Position numbers and translations under genes: made by a program | Part shown: positions 1 to 6,422 of the stretch, piece after piece | How the letters are laid out: every line of letters starts with the position of its first letter | Position numbering within the stretch: the stretch's first letter is position 1 | IMG/VR virus record: IMGVR_UViG_3300031555_006012 | DNA: 20,359 bases | Source of the DNA: an uncultured virus (IMG/VR IMGVR_UViG_3300031555_006012) | Taxonomy: Duplodnaviria; Heunggongvirae; Uroviricota; Caudoviricetes | Reading direction: 5' to 3' (one strand) | The notes under the pieces: model-generated | The model's input: only the letters and a program-made list of their open reading frames with translations | What the model was told of the DNA's origin: nothing | The model's database searches: none

Positions 1-31
1 GCAAATAGGGTGATTATTACTCATCTTTGTA

Positions 32-1972
32 TCAATCCTTCTTATAGAAATCACAGACATAACCGTCTGCGCGGAGAAGCAGCCCGTTTGCCCATGCGGG
101 GGTCTGTCCCATAACGGTGCAGATGTCGTCGAGGGAGGTTTCAGCGGGGGCTTCAATAACAACTTCATCGTGGACATGCATCACAATCTTGTAGCCAGCG
201 GCTTCCAAGCGAACCATCGCTTCAGCGAGGATGTCTCGGGCGGTGGCCTGGACGATGTTCTCCACGAACTTAGGGCCGTAGCTCTCAATGCGGAGCCACT
301 TCTTCTGTTCGCCGACACCCTCGAAAGTGACGGACTCATTGCCATAGCGGTTAATACCCATCTTGGGCTTGACATAGGCCAGCTTTCTGCCGGAGGGCAA
401 CACAATGAACATGATGCCGCTCTGGTAAATGAAACGGATGCCGTGGGTTTCGGTGGCATTGCGGTCACGGACGCAGGTGGAAGCAGCGCGGTCAACATCC
501 CACCAGAAGCGGACGATGTTAGGATTGGCCTGCCGCCACATGTCGACGAGGGGCTTCAGCTCTGCTTCCTGGAGGCCCATGTTCAGAGCGCCCATTGCCT
601 TCAGCGCACCAACGGAACCGCCGTAGCCAAGGGCCAACTCTGCAATCTTGCCTTTCTGGCGAAGATGGCCGTTCACGCCATGCTTCTCCACAGGCACATG
701 GAACATCTGGGATGCGGATTCACAGTAGATGTCCTTGCCCTGGGCAAAGACCTCCTGTCGCCACAGCTCTCCGGCAAGCCAAGCGATGACGCGGGCTTCA
801 ATAGCGGAGTAGTCAGCTACGAAGAAGCGGTGGCCATCAACAGGAACGAATGCGGTGCGGATCAGTTCGGAGAGGACCAGGGGGACGGAATCATAAAGCA
901 TCTCAACCTCGTCAAAGAAACCGTCGCGGATGAGACTCCGGGCTTCCTCTAAATCAGGGAGGTGGTTCTGCGGGAGATTCTGTACCTGGATCAAACGGCC
1001 TGCATAGCGGCCAGTGCGGGCAGCACCGTTGAACTGGATGAGTCCCCGGGCGCGGCTATCGGAGCCAACCACAGATTCCATGGCGTTGTACTTCTTGACG
1101 CTGCTCTTCGCCAGTTCCTGTCGCAGGGACAGCGCCAGCTCAACTTCACCGTCGGCCTTTTCCAGCAATTCCAGAACGGCTGCTTTGGAGAGAGATTCAG
1201 ATTCAAAACCACGCTCTGCCAACCAGGCTTTGAGCTGGGCAGGGCTATTAGGGTTATCAAGCCCGGTGACGGACCGAGCTATATCCATGTGTGTCCGCTT
1301 GAACTGTTCATCGCACTCAATGGCTCTGCGGACAAGGGTCATGTCCAGCTTGATGCCACTGTCGTTAATCAGCTGGTCCAGACGGTAATTGTTCCACTCA
1401 CTGTCCATTACGGGGAACTTTTGCAGCCGATCTTGAACCGCGATCTCCACATCCACATCACGCGCGTTGTAGGTTTTGAAGCGGTCCCACTTCTCGGGAG
1501 CATCGGAGGGATAGTGCCGGAAGGTAGAACCGTCCTTATTCTTGGCAGGGGTGCAGAAATAACGAATGAGGTCTTTGCCTTCCTTGAGCTTCTGCTTTTC
1601 CAGACCCAGCACCGCACCGACACCTTCCAGGGACATGGGCAAACCGAGGGTCGATGCCCAAACCATGGAGCAGCGCCAGGAGGTTGGCGACAGGTACTTA
1701 CCAGTAGGCATGCCCAGGTACTTAGAGATACAGACACGCTCAAACTGAGCGTTGAAAGCCCATTTCAAAACGGAGTCGTCTTTCAGGGCGGCGAGGATTT
1801 CAGGGGGGATTTTCTCTCCGGCAGCAATATCCACAACCTGGGTTTTCCCGTCGTCAACGGCATAAGCAAACAACAGGATCTCAAAGGGCGGAGATTCGGC
1901 GTAGTGGTAGACACCACATTTCGCCAGGTTTTGGTCGGAGTAGGTTTCGATATCAATGTGGATTTTCTTCAT
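32..1972 (-). CDS. Phage-type family A DNA polymerase with N-terminal 3'-5' exonuclease
   Basis: 646 aa. ExoI DIET, motif A DYSAIEAR, motif B RQKGKIAELALGYG, motif C HVHDE. AGGAGG RBS upstream. Confidence 0.95.
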   Translation of the reverse strand: MKKIHIDIETYSDQNLAKCGVYHYAESPPFEILLFAYAVDDGKTQVVDIAAGEKIPPEILAALKDDSVLKWAFNAQFERVCISKYLGMPTGKYLSPTSWRCSMVWASTLGLPMSLEGVGAVLGLEKQKLKEGKDLIRYFCTPAKNKDGSTFRHYPSDAPEKWDRFKTYNARDVDVEIAVQDRLQKFPVMDSEWNNYRLDQLINDSGIKLDMTLVRRAIECDEQFKRTHMDIARSVTGLDNPNSPAQLKAWLAERGFESESLSKAAVLELLEKADGEVELALSLRQELAKSSVKKYNAMESVVGSDSRARGLIQFNGAARTGRYAGRLIQVQNLPQNHLPDLEEARSLIRDGFFDEVEMLYDSVPLVLSELIRTAFVPVDGHRFFVADYSAIEARVIAWLAGELWRQEVFAQGKDIYCESASQMFHVPVEKHGVNGHLRQKGKIAELALGYGGSVGALKAMGALNMGLQEAELKPLVDMWRQANPNIVRFWWDVDRAASTCVRDRNATETHGIRFIYQSGIMFIVLPSGRKLAYVKPKMGINRYGNESVTFEGVGEQKKWLRIESYGPKFVENIVQATARDILAEAMVRLEAAGYKIVMHVHDEVVIEAPAETSLDDICTVMGQTPAWANGLLLRADGYVCDFYKKD

Positions 1973-1989
1973 AAGCCCTCCTTAAGGGG

Positions 1990-2017
1990 TGGGTGGCAGA
2001 GGTTGCCCTCCACCACC
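1990..2017 (-). other. GC-rich intergenic stem-loop between DUF2815 and polymerase genes
   Basis: Imperfect inverted repeat GGGTGGCAGAGG-TTGC-CCTCCACCACCC with no U tract, so not called a terminator. Confidence 0.4.
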
Positions 2018-2029
2018 CGCAGGGGTTAA

Positions 2030-2575
2030 TCAGGACAGGAAGTCGTCGTCCAGGTCAGTGGCGAAATCGTCAGCTGCGGAGGACTTACCACCCAGAGGCT
2101 CACCGTCGCGGACCTTCTGGATGTTGCCCAGGCCGCAGGCGATGCCGCGATTGCCGTTGGAGTTGAAAGCATAGAAATTGATGGAAACGCGGGCGTAGCA
2201 GCCGCTGTAGACCTCGTTGCGGTCCAGGATAGGCTGGACGGAGCGGTCCACGATCTGGGGAGCAGAGTTGCTGTTGGCGTTCACAAAGTAAGCGCCCTTG
2301 TAGGCTTCGTCATCGCGCTCCACATCGCCGTCGCGCAGGGGCAGCTTCAGAGCAGCCTTGTTGGGGATCTTGCCGCCGAACTTAGCAGCACCTTCCTTGA
2401 TGGCTGCGTCAATGGCAGCGTTGATGTCGGAGATGGTCTTGGTGTCACGCTTGTCGATGATGAGGGAAACCTGGTACTTAGGGGTACCGCCATTGATGGA
2501 AGCGGGTTCCCACACATGGGCATAGGACAGACGGACAACGCCAGTAACGACCTTGGTAGAGTTCTTAGTAGCCAT
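2030..2575 (-). CDS. DUF2815 family phage single-stranded DNA-binding protein
   Basis: 181 aa. RLSYAHVWEP, LPLRDGD, EVYSGCYARVS and GLGNIQK motifs, acidic C-tail DLDDDFLS, typical position next to phage PolA, GGAGG RBS. Confidence 0.9.
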   Translation of the reverse strand: MATKNSTKVVTGVVRLSYAHVWEPASINGGTPKYQVSLIIDKRDTKTISDINAAIDAAIKEGAAKFGGKIPNKAALKLPLRDGDVERDDEAYKGAYFVNANSNSAPQIVDRSVQPILDRNEVYSGCYARVSINFYAFNSNGNRGIACGLGNIQKVRDGEPLGGKSSAADDFATDLDDDFLS

Positions 2576-2580
2576 AATTC

Positions 2581-3723
2581 TTATTCCTCCATAAATTCAG
2601 TAAAGTCTTGGTTTGCACCTGTGGTATGGATTGCCGGACGCTTGTCAGATGCGGGAACAAGGGTCGGCTTGCCCTTGGGCTTGACCACCAAGCCGCCAAG
2701 GACGGATGCGAAGGTTTTCTTTCCCATGAGCTTTTCCATTTCAGTAATGGGGATCAGGCTCTTGCGGAAAATGTCATGGTAGCCAGCGGCCTTGGCAGCG
2801 TCGATGACCGCGGCCTCGTCGCCATACTTGCGGTTGGTCTTGCTTTCGACCAACTTGAAGCCGTTCCAGTGCTTGCCATGGTTGATGGCGGCGTCCTGGG
2901 CGTAGGCAACGATCTCACTGGCCCATTTGGTGAGGTCATCCAGCTTGGAGAGGATTTCCTCAATTTCCTCATCGGTGAGGAGCGGAGGTTTGGCAAACTC
3001 GTACTTTGCCAGCTGGAGCTTGGCTTCTGCCCGGGCGCGGCATTTCACAGCAGCCTTGCAGAAGGTACACCAGGGGCCGGGGGCGAATTCACCTTCACCG
3101 TTAAATGCCATGGCGGCTTTGGGCTTAAGGGTATCTTCGGCCCAGGCAAGCAGCTCGTCCACGGTGGTAGTCCAGGTGGACACATTGTCACGCCGGGGCT
3201 GATAGACCGTCATAGCGATGGTGTCGATGTCGTACAGCCCTTCAAAGAGCCGGAGCGCCCCAAGCGCATAGAGCTTCATCTGGGGGTTATCCTCGGCTTC
3301 GACCAGAATGCCCTGGCCGTATTTGAAGTCGACGACATGCAGCAGGTGGTCGGCCACGATGAGACAGTCGCCAGTGCCAAAGCTGTCAGGGACATAGCAA
3401 GTCAGGTCCAGGCGTTGCTCAATAAGGATGAGCGGGTCGGAACAGAGCTGCTTTGCCTCTTCCAAGGCCTCAAGGATGAACTGGACATAGTCATCGGTGT
3501 GACCCTCCATCTCGTCACAGTCGTACTGGCTGACGGGGCGGGTGGAGCGCATCTTCAGCGCTTTGCGGAGCTTATGCTCGGCGAGGGCATGTGCTGCGGT
3601 TCCTTCAGCAGCAGCTTCCGTTGTCCGATCCGCGAACTCCAGCTCCTGATTAGCAGAGGGAGTACAGTTCAGCCAGCGGTGTGCGCCGGAGGGACCGAGC
3701 TTGGCGTGTTTCTCAGGAGGCAT
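2581..3723 (-). CDS. DUF2800 family Cas4/AddB-like PD-(D/E)XK nuclease
   Basis: Start reassigned to ATG 3723 (MPPEKHA, GGAGG RBS). GTGDCL...VVDFKYG nuclease motifs, QMKLYALG, and four Cys (WLNC; WCTFCKAAVKC) as in Cas4-like Fe-S ligands. Confidence 0.9.
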   Translation of the reverse strand: MPPEKHAKLGPSGAHRWLNCTPSANQELEFADRTTEAAAEGTAAHALAEHKLRKALKMRSTRPVSQYDCDEMEGHTDDYVQFILEALEEAKQLCSDPLILIEQRLDLTCYVPDSFGTGDCLIVADHLLHVVDFKYGQGILVEAEDNPQMKLYALGALRLFEGLYDIDTIAMTVYQPRRDNVSTWTTTVDELLAWAEDTLKPKAAMAFNGEGEFAPGPWCTFCKAAVKCRARAEAKLQLAKYEFAKPPLLTDEEIEEILSKLDDLTKWASEIVAYAQDAAINHGKHWNGFKLVESKTNRKYGDEAAVIDAAKAAGYHDIFRKSLIPITEMEKLMGKKTFASVLGGLVVKPKGKPTLVPASDKRPAIHTTGANQDFTEFMEE

Positions 3724-4051
3724 GGTCCAGTTCCTCCGCTTCCATAAGGAGTGCTTCGTAATACTCCGGCTCAATGGCACTGAGCTTGGATGCGCCGTAC
3801 TTCTGGAGCAGCGCCCGGACCTCGGCAGTCAATCCGTCATGGCTCTTCTGCGCCAGGACTGCCCGAACCTGTTCCAAGGTGACTTTCTTCTTGGGGGCAG
3901 GGGTAGGAGTCGGAGCCGCCGGGGCGTCTTTGATCGGGGTAGCGGAGTCCTCGTACTCATGCTCAACAATGGCGTTTGCTAGGGTTTGCAGGCTGTCGGC
4001 GAGGCTACGCAGATCCTGGACCACATCCAGGAGGAGCTTCATTCTGCTCAT
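3713..4051 (-). CDS. Conserved phage replication-module hypothetical protein
   Basis: 112 aa. GGAGG RBS, overlaps both neighbours, Pro/Ala linker followed by the helical VTLEQVRAVL...KYGASKLS domain typical upstream of DUF2800. Confidence 0.8.
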   Translation of the reverse strand: MSRMKLLLDVVQDLRSLADSLQTLANAIVEHEYEDSATPIKDAPAAPTPTPAPKKKVTLEQVRAVLAQKSHDGLTAEVRALLQKYGASKLSAIEPEYYEALLMEAEELDHAS

Positions 4052-4245
4052 ACAGTAGCGCCTCCTTCCTCAACCTCGGTGATGGAGACGGCAGAAACGC
4101 TGTTGCCGGGAATCAGGATCATGATCTTCTGCTTCCGGCCCAGCAGCTTGGTCAGCAGCTTCTCACGGATGGAGATTTTCTTGCACTGCACGATGCCGCC
4201 CTTGCGAGGATCCTTAGAAACACTGATGGTCAAATTGTGCTTCAT
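4048..4245 (-). CDS. Small phage hypothetical protein
   Basis: 65 aa. GAAAGGA RBS, 4-bp ATGA overlap with the downstream gene. Confidence 0.75.
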   Translation of the reverse strand: MKHNLTISVSKDPRKGGIVQCKKISIREKLLTKLLGRKQKIMILIPGNSVSAVSITEVEEGGATV

Positions 4246-4324
4246 GGCTTTCGTCCTTTCTGAAGGGGTGGTATTGTGTTGCCCTTCACTGTTAGGCCAC
4301 GGGAGAGGCCGTTTGGGGGGGTCC

Positions 4325-4702
4325 TCAAAAATATTTTTTCAAATTTTTAATTGCGGAATTGAGAGACTCCCGAACGGTGGAATGATCGAGACCCAACTCT
4401 CTGGCGATTTCACGGATCCCCATGTTCTCGAAAAAGTGGAGCTGGATAATCTGCCGCTGGCGGTCAGGGAGCTTCTTAATAGCATCACGCAGGGCGAGAA
4501 TGTCGGCATAAGTGGAGAGGTCTGCACTGTCATCGGCAAAATAGTCGCCTTCATAGCACATGGCGCTCAGAGAAGCGTGGCGGCGGGTTTCTGTGTGGTT
4601 GTTGTTGTATTCCTGACGGTCAAGGTCGATGACCAGGTTGCCCCAGTCCTCATCAACTTCGATTTCCACGATTTCGTCGATGAATTTGTACTGAATTTTC
4701 AT
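4325..4702 (-). CDS. Sigma-70 region 4 (ECF-like) HTH protein
   Basis: Start at ATG 4702 (MKIQYKF, AAAGGA RBS). C-terminal LPDRQRQIIQLHFFENMGIREIARELGLDHSTVRESL is a sigma region 4 HTH. Confidence 0.85.
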   Translation of the reverse strand: MKIQYKFIDEIVEIEVDEDWGNLVIDLDRQEYNNNHTETRRHASLSAMCYEGDYFADDSADLSTYADILALRDAIKKLPDRQRQIIQLHFFENMGIREIARELGLDHSTVRESLNSAIKNLKKYF

Positions 4703-4752
4703 AATTTCTGTTCCTTTCTTCGTGGGAAGCGAAGCGAGGAACAGAAAAAAGG

Positions 4753-4813
4753 CAAAAAAAATACCGCCGAGGTAAAGTAAAATCATTTCTGATCTTCACT
4801 TCACTTCGGCGGT
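4753..4813 (-). terminator. Long-stem intrinsic terminator (unit C)
   Basis: ACCGCCGA...TCGGCGGT stem extended by G-U pairs that only pair on the minus strand, GAAA loop, then ATTTTTTTT. Confidence 0.75.
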
Positions 4814-4819
4814 TTAGGT

Positions 4820-4856
4820 GACTCGGATGGTTACGGTCCCAGGGCTCGATAATGAA
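4820..4856 (-). promoter_or_regulatory. Two-hairpin CGAG RNA motif, copy C
   Basis: TTC-attatc-GAG, then GACCG-taaccatc-CGAGTC just upstream of the terminator. Same architecture at 5311-5350 and 6143-6175. Confidence 0.5.
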
Positions 4857-4905
4857 TCTATCTATATAAAGCTGAGGGCAGAGGGGCTACGATGCCCCCT
4901 TGGAA

Positions 4906-5103
4906 TCAGCGTTTTTTGTTTTTAGCGGCAGCAGCGATCTGCTCGGCTTCACGCTGGCCTTCTTCAATCTGCGCCCGGACTGCGTCAAGGGTAATGACAA
5001 GCCGCTGGCGGGCGATCTTCAGTTCGAGGGCAATGCTGCCATCGGGGTTGTATACTGCGTCAAACAGGCGGTTGCCTGCATCATCACGAATAGGTTTGTG
5101 CAT
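4906..5103 (-). CDS. Small hypothetical protein (paralog C of the small-protein array)
   Basis: 65 aa, GGAGG RBS. Shares the xDG-x-[VI]-x-L-xx-K and [IM]xL helix pattern with the ORFs at 5408-5608 and 6228-6395. Confidence 0.75.
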   Translation of the reverse strand: MHKPIRDDAGNRLFDAVYNPDGSIALELKIARQRLVITLDAVRAQIEEGQREAEQIAAAAKNKKR

Positions 5104-5131
5104 ATGAGTTTTCCTCCAATCATATTAAATA

Positions 5132-5170
5132 TTAGTTTCGGTAATGGTAACGGTGCTTTCTCGGATTCAC
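5132..5170 (-). CDS. Putative 12-aa leader peptide MNPRKHRYHYRN
   Basis: AAGGAGG SD 5 nt before GTG at 5170; TAA at 5134-5132. Confidence 0.35.
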   Translation of the reverse strand: MNPRKHRYHYRN

Positions 5171-5249
5171 AAGAACCTCCTTGTTCGGCGCGAAGGCCTA
5201 TCGGGGTGGGTGGGCGACTTATATTTTTGCGGTGAGAATTACAGGAAGC

Positions 5250-5314
5250 AAACAAAAAAGCCGCCACAGCCGGTCTGGAGAGGGTGTGGGCCTCTTCAGA
5301 CGACCGTGGCGGCT
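5250..5314 (-). terminator. Long-stem intrinsic terminator (unit B)
   Basis: AGCCGCCACGGTCGTCTG...CAGACCGGCTGTGGCGGCT followed by TTTTTGTTT. Confidence 0.85.
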
Positions 5315-5350
5315 CGGCTCTGTTTATCGGCCTAGCTCACTCGCGGAGTG
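5311..5350 (-). promoter_or_regulatory. Two-hairpin CGAG RNA motif, copy B (overlaps terminator stem)
   Basis: CACTC-cgc-GAGTG, then GGCCG-ataaacagagc-CGAGCC. Its last 4 nt (AGCC) are shared with the terminator 5' arm. Confidence 0.55.
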
Positions 5351-5407
5351 GATGGATTTATTCTTTTGGTAGAAACTGGCGATCGCCTCGGTATGTCGGG
5401 CAATCTG

Positions 5408-5608
5408 TCAGGCGGCGGATTCGGACTCTTCAAGCGCCGCAAGGACACGGCGAACAAATTCGAAAAGCTCGATTTCCTCAAAGAGAGGACTACGTGCTTT
5501 TTTGATGCAAAGCATTACACGGGTTCCATCAGCGGAGCGGTACACTTCTGCGAAGGGAATGTTTTCCTTCGGGGTGTGGACAAGGACCCGGCGAGGTGTG
5601 ACTTTCAT
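5408..5608 (-). CDS. Small hypothetical protein (paralog B of the small-protein array)
   Basis: 66 aa, AAGGAGG RBS. LVHTPKENIPFAEVYRSADG aligns with LVHTPDKNITVAEVFRDEDG of the ORF at 6228-6395. Confidence 0.85.
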   Translation of the reverse strand: MKVTPRRVLVHTPKENIPFAEVYRSADGTRVMLCIKKARSPLFEEIELFEFVRRVLAALEESESAA

Positions 5609-5649
5609 AACGGTTTCCTCCTTGAATTCGATTTTTAGGCCCTCAGGGC

Positions 5650-5696
5650 AAAAAAAATAGCGCCGAAAGGGTCGATTGGGAACCCCGTCGTCGCTT
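5650..5696 (-). terminator. Imperfect leader terminator (unit D)
   Basis: AGCG-A-CGA-CG-GGGT...ACCC-TT-TCG-G-CGCT stem followed by ATTTTTTTT. The 3' part is nearly identical to the unit C terminator. Confidence 0.55.
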
Positions 5697-5862
5697 TCAA
5701 GAGAGTCGTGGAAAGGCGATACTACGCCTTATGGCTCGGATGAAAGAGGCACGGAGAGATTGCGAGAAATAGAAATTTTAAGGTTGCAGGTATTTTTGAA
5801 CACGGCACACACTCCAATCTTCAGCCTCATTCATAAAAATTGCGGAGGCTTATCTAGTAAAT

Positions 5863-5891
5863 ACTATAGCAGACTTTTGTGCAATGGTCAA
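5863..5891 (-). promoter_or_regulatory. SigmaA promoter for the early/replication operon
   Basis: TTGACC-17 bp-TATAGT with extended TG. A TTGTGCAA pseudo-palindrome lies in the spacer. Confidence 0.7.
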
Positions 5892-5984
5892 TCCTAAAAT
5901 TCTACCTATTTCACTACTCAAAACTTGTGCAAGTAGCTGATTTTTGTTGAAAAACACAAAAAGTTCTTGCGTTTGAAAGAGTTC

Positions 5985-5993
5985 TGTTATAAT
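5985..5993 (+). promoter_or_regulatory. Divergent extended -10 promoter
   Basis: TGTTATAAT (TGnTATAAT) in an AT-rich region. No convincing plus-strand CDS downstream. Confidence 0.45.
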
Positions 5994-6074
5994 ATAAGCA
6001 AGCTGCCTTTTAGTGGCTTGCGCAAAATGAACGCTTTTCGCGGGGGAAGCCCCCAAAAAAATCGCATTATGCTT

Positions 6075-6143
6075 AATAAAACAGACTGCCGCCATGGCCC
6101 ACTTCTTCCGGCGTTTCCGGGAAGAGAGGACTCATGGCGGCAG
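6075..6143 (-). terminator. Long-stem intrinsic terminator (unit A)
   Basis: CTGCCGCCATG...CATGGCGGCAG (11 perfect bp plus an inner stem) followed by TCTGTTTTATT. Confidence 0.75.
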
Positions 6144-6175
6144 AACTCGTTTCAACGGTTCGGCTCGTTATGAGC
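6143..6175 (-). promoter_or_regulatory. Two-hairpin CGAG RNA motif, copy A
   Basis: GCTC-ataac-GAGC, then GAACCG-ttgaaa-CGAGTTC directly abutting the terminator. Confidence 0.55.
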
Positions 6176-6227
6176 TGTGTTGGATATGTAGGAACCTGCG
6201 ACGGTCACCTCACGATCGGGTGGCCTG

Positions 6228-6395
6228 TTACGCGGGGGTTCCTGCTGCCTGGTAGACCAGGTCAAGGAATTGTGCCAAGGACATGGATTCGTACACATTG
6301 GCTCCGGGCTTTTTCCAGCGGAGGGAAACGGCCCCGTCTTCATCGCGGAAGACTTCAGCTACGGTGATGTTTTTGTCTGGGGTATGGACCAGCAT
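6228..6395 (-). CDS. Small hypothetical protein, 55 aa (paralog A; not in the ORF track)
   Basis: AAAGGAGG RBS, ATG 6395, TAA 6230-6228. Sequence MLVHTPDKNITVAEVFRDEDGAVSLRWKKPGANVYESMSLAQFLDLVYQAAGTPA is clearly similar to ORF 5408-5608. Confidence 0.85.
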   Translation of the reverse strand: MLVHTPDKNITVAEVFRDEDGAVSLRWKKPGANVYESMSLAQFLDLVYQAAGTPA

Positions 6396-6422
6396 ATGGT
6401 ATCCTCCTTTGCATCTGGTTTA

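Noticed and set aside
2581..3723. Cas4-like protein as evidence of CRISPR-Cas
   Set aside because: It is the DUF2800 nuclease in its normal phage replication-module context, with no cas1/cas2 or array.
170..3747. Long plus-strand ORFs (170-952, 962-2029, 2608-3747)
   Set aside because: Antisense shadows of GC3-rich phage genes, with no motifs or RBS.
3986..4780. 264-aa plus-strand ORF
   Set aside because: Antisense to three well-supported minus-strand genes, no recognisable features.
4703..4786. N-terminal hydrophobic extension of the sigma-like ORF
   Set aside because: It is translated terminator/U-tract sequence. The RBS supports ATG 4702.
6041..6061. GGGGG-AAG-CCCCC-A7 as a terminator
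   Set aside because: The U tract would precede, not follow, the hairpin on the minus strand, and A's follow it on the plus strand.
6152..6343. 63-aa minus-strand ORF in the track
   Set aside because: Wrong frame. The overlapping 6228-6395 ORF has the RBS and paralog support.
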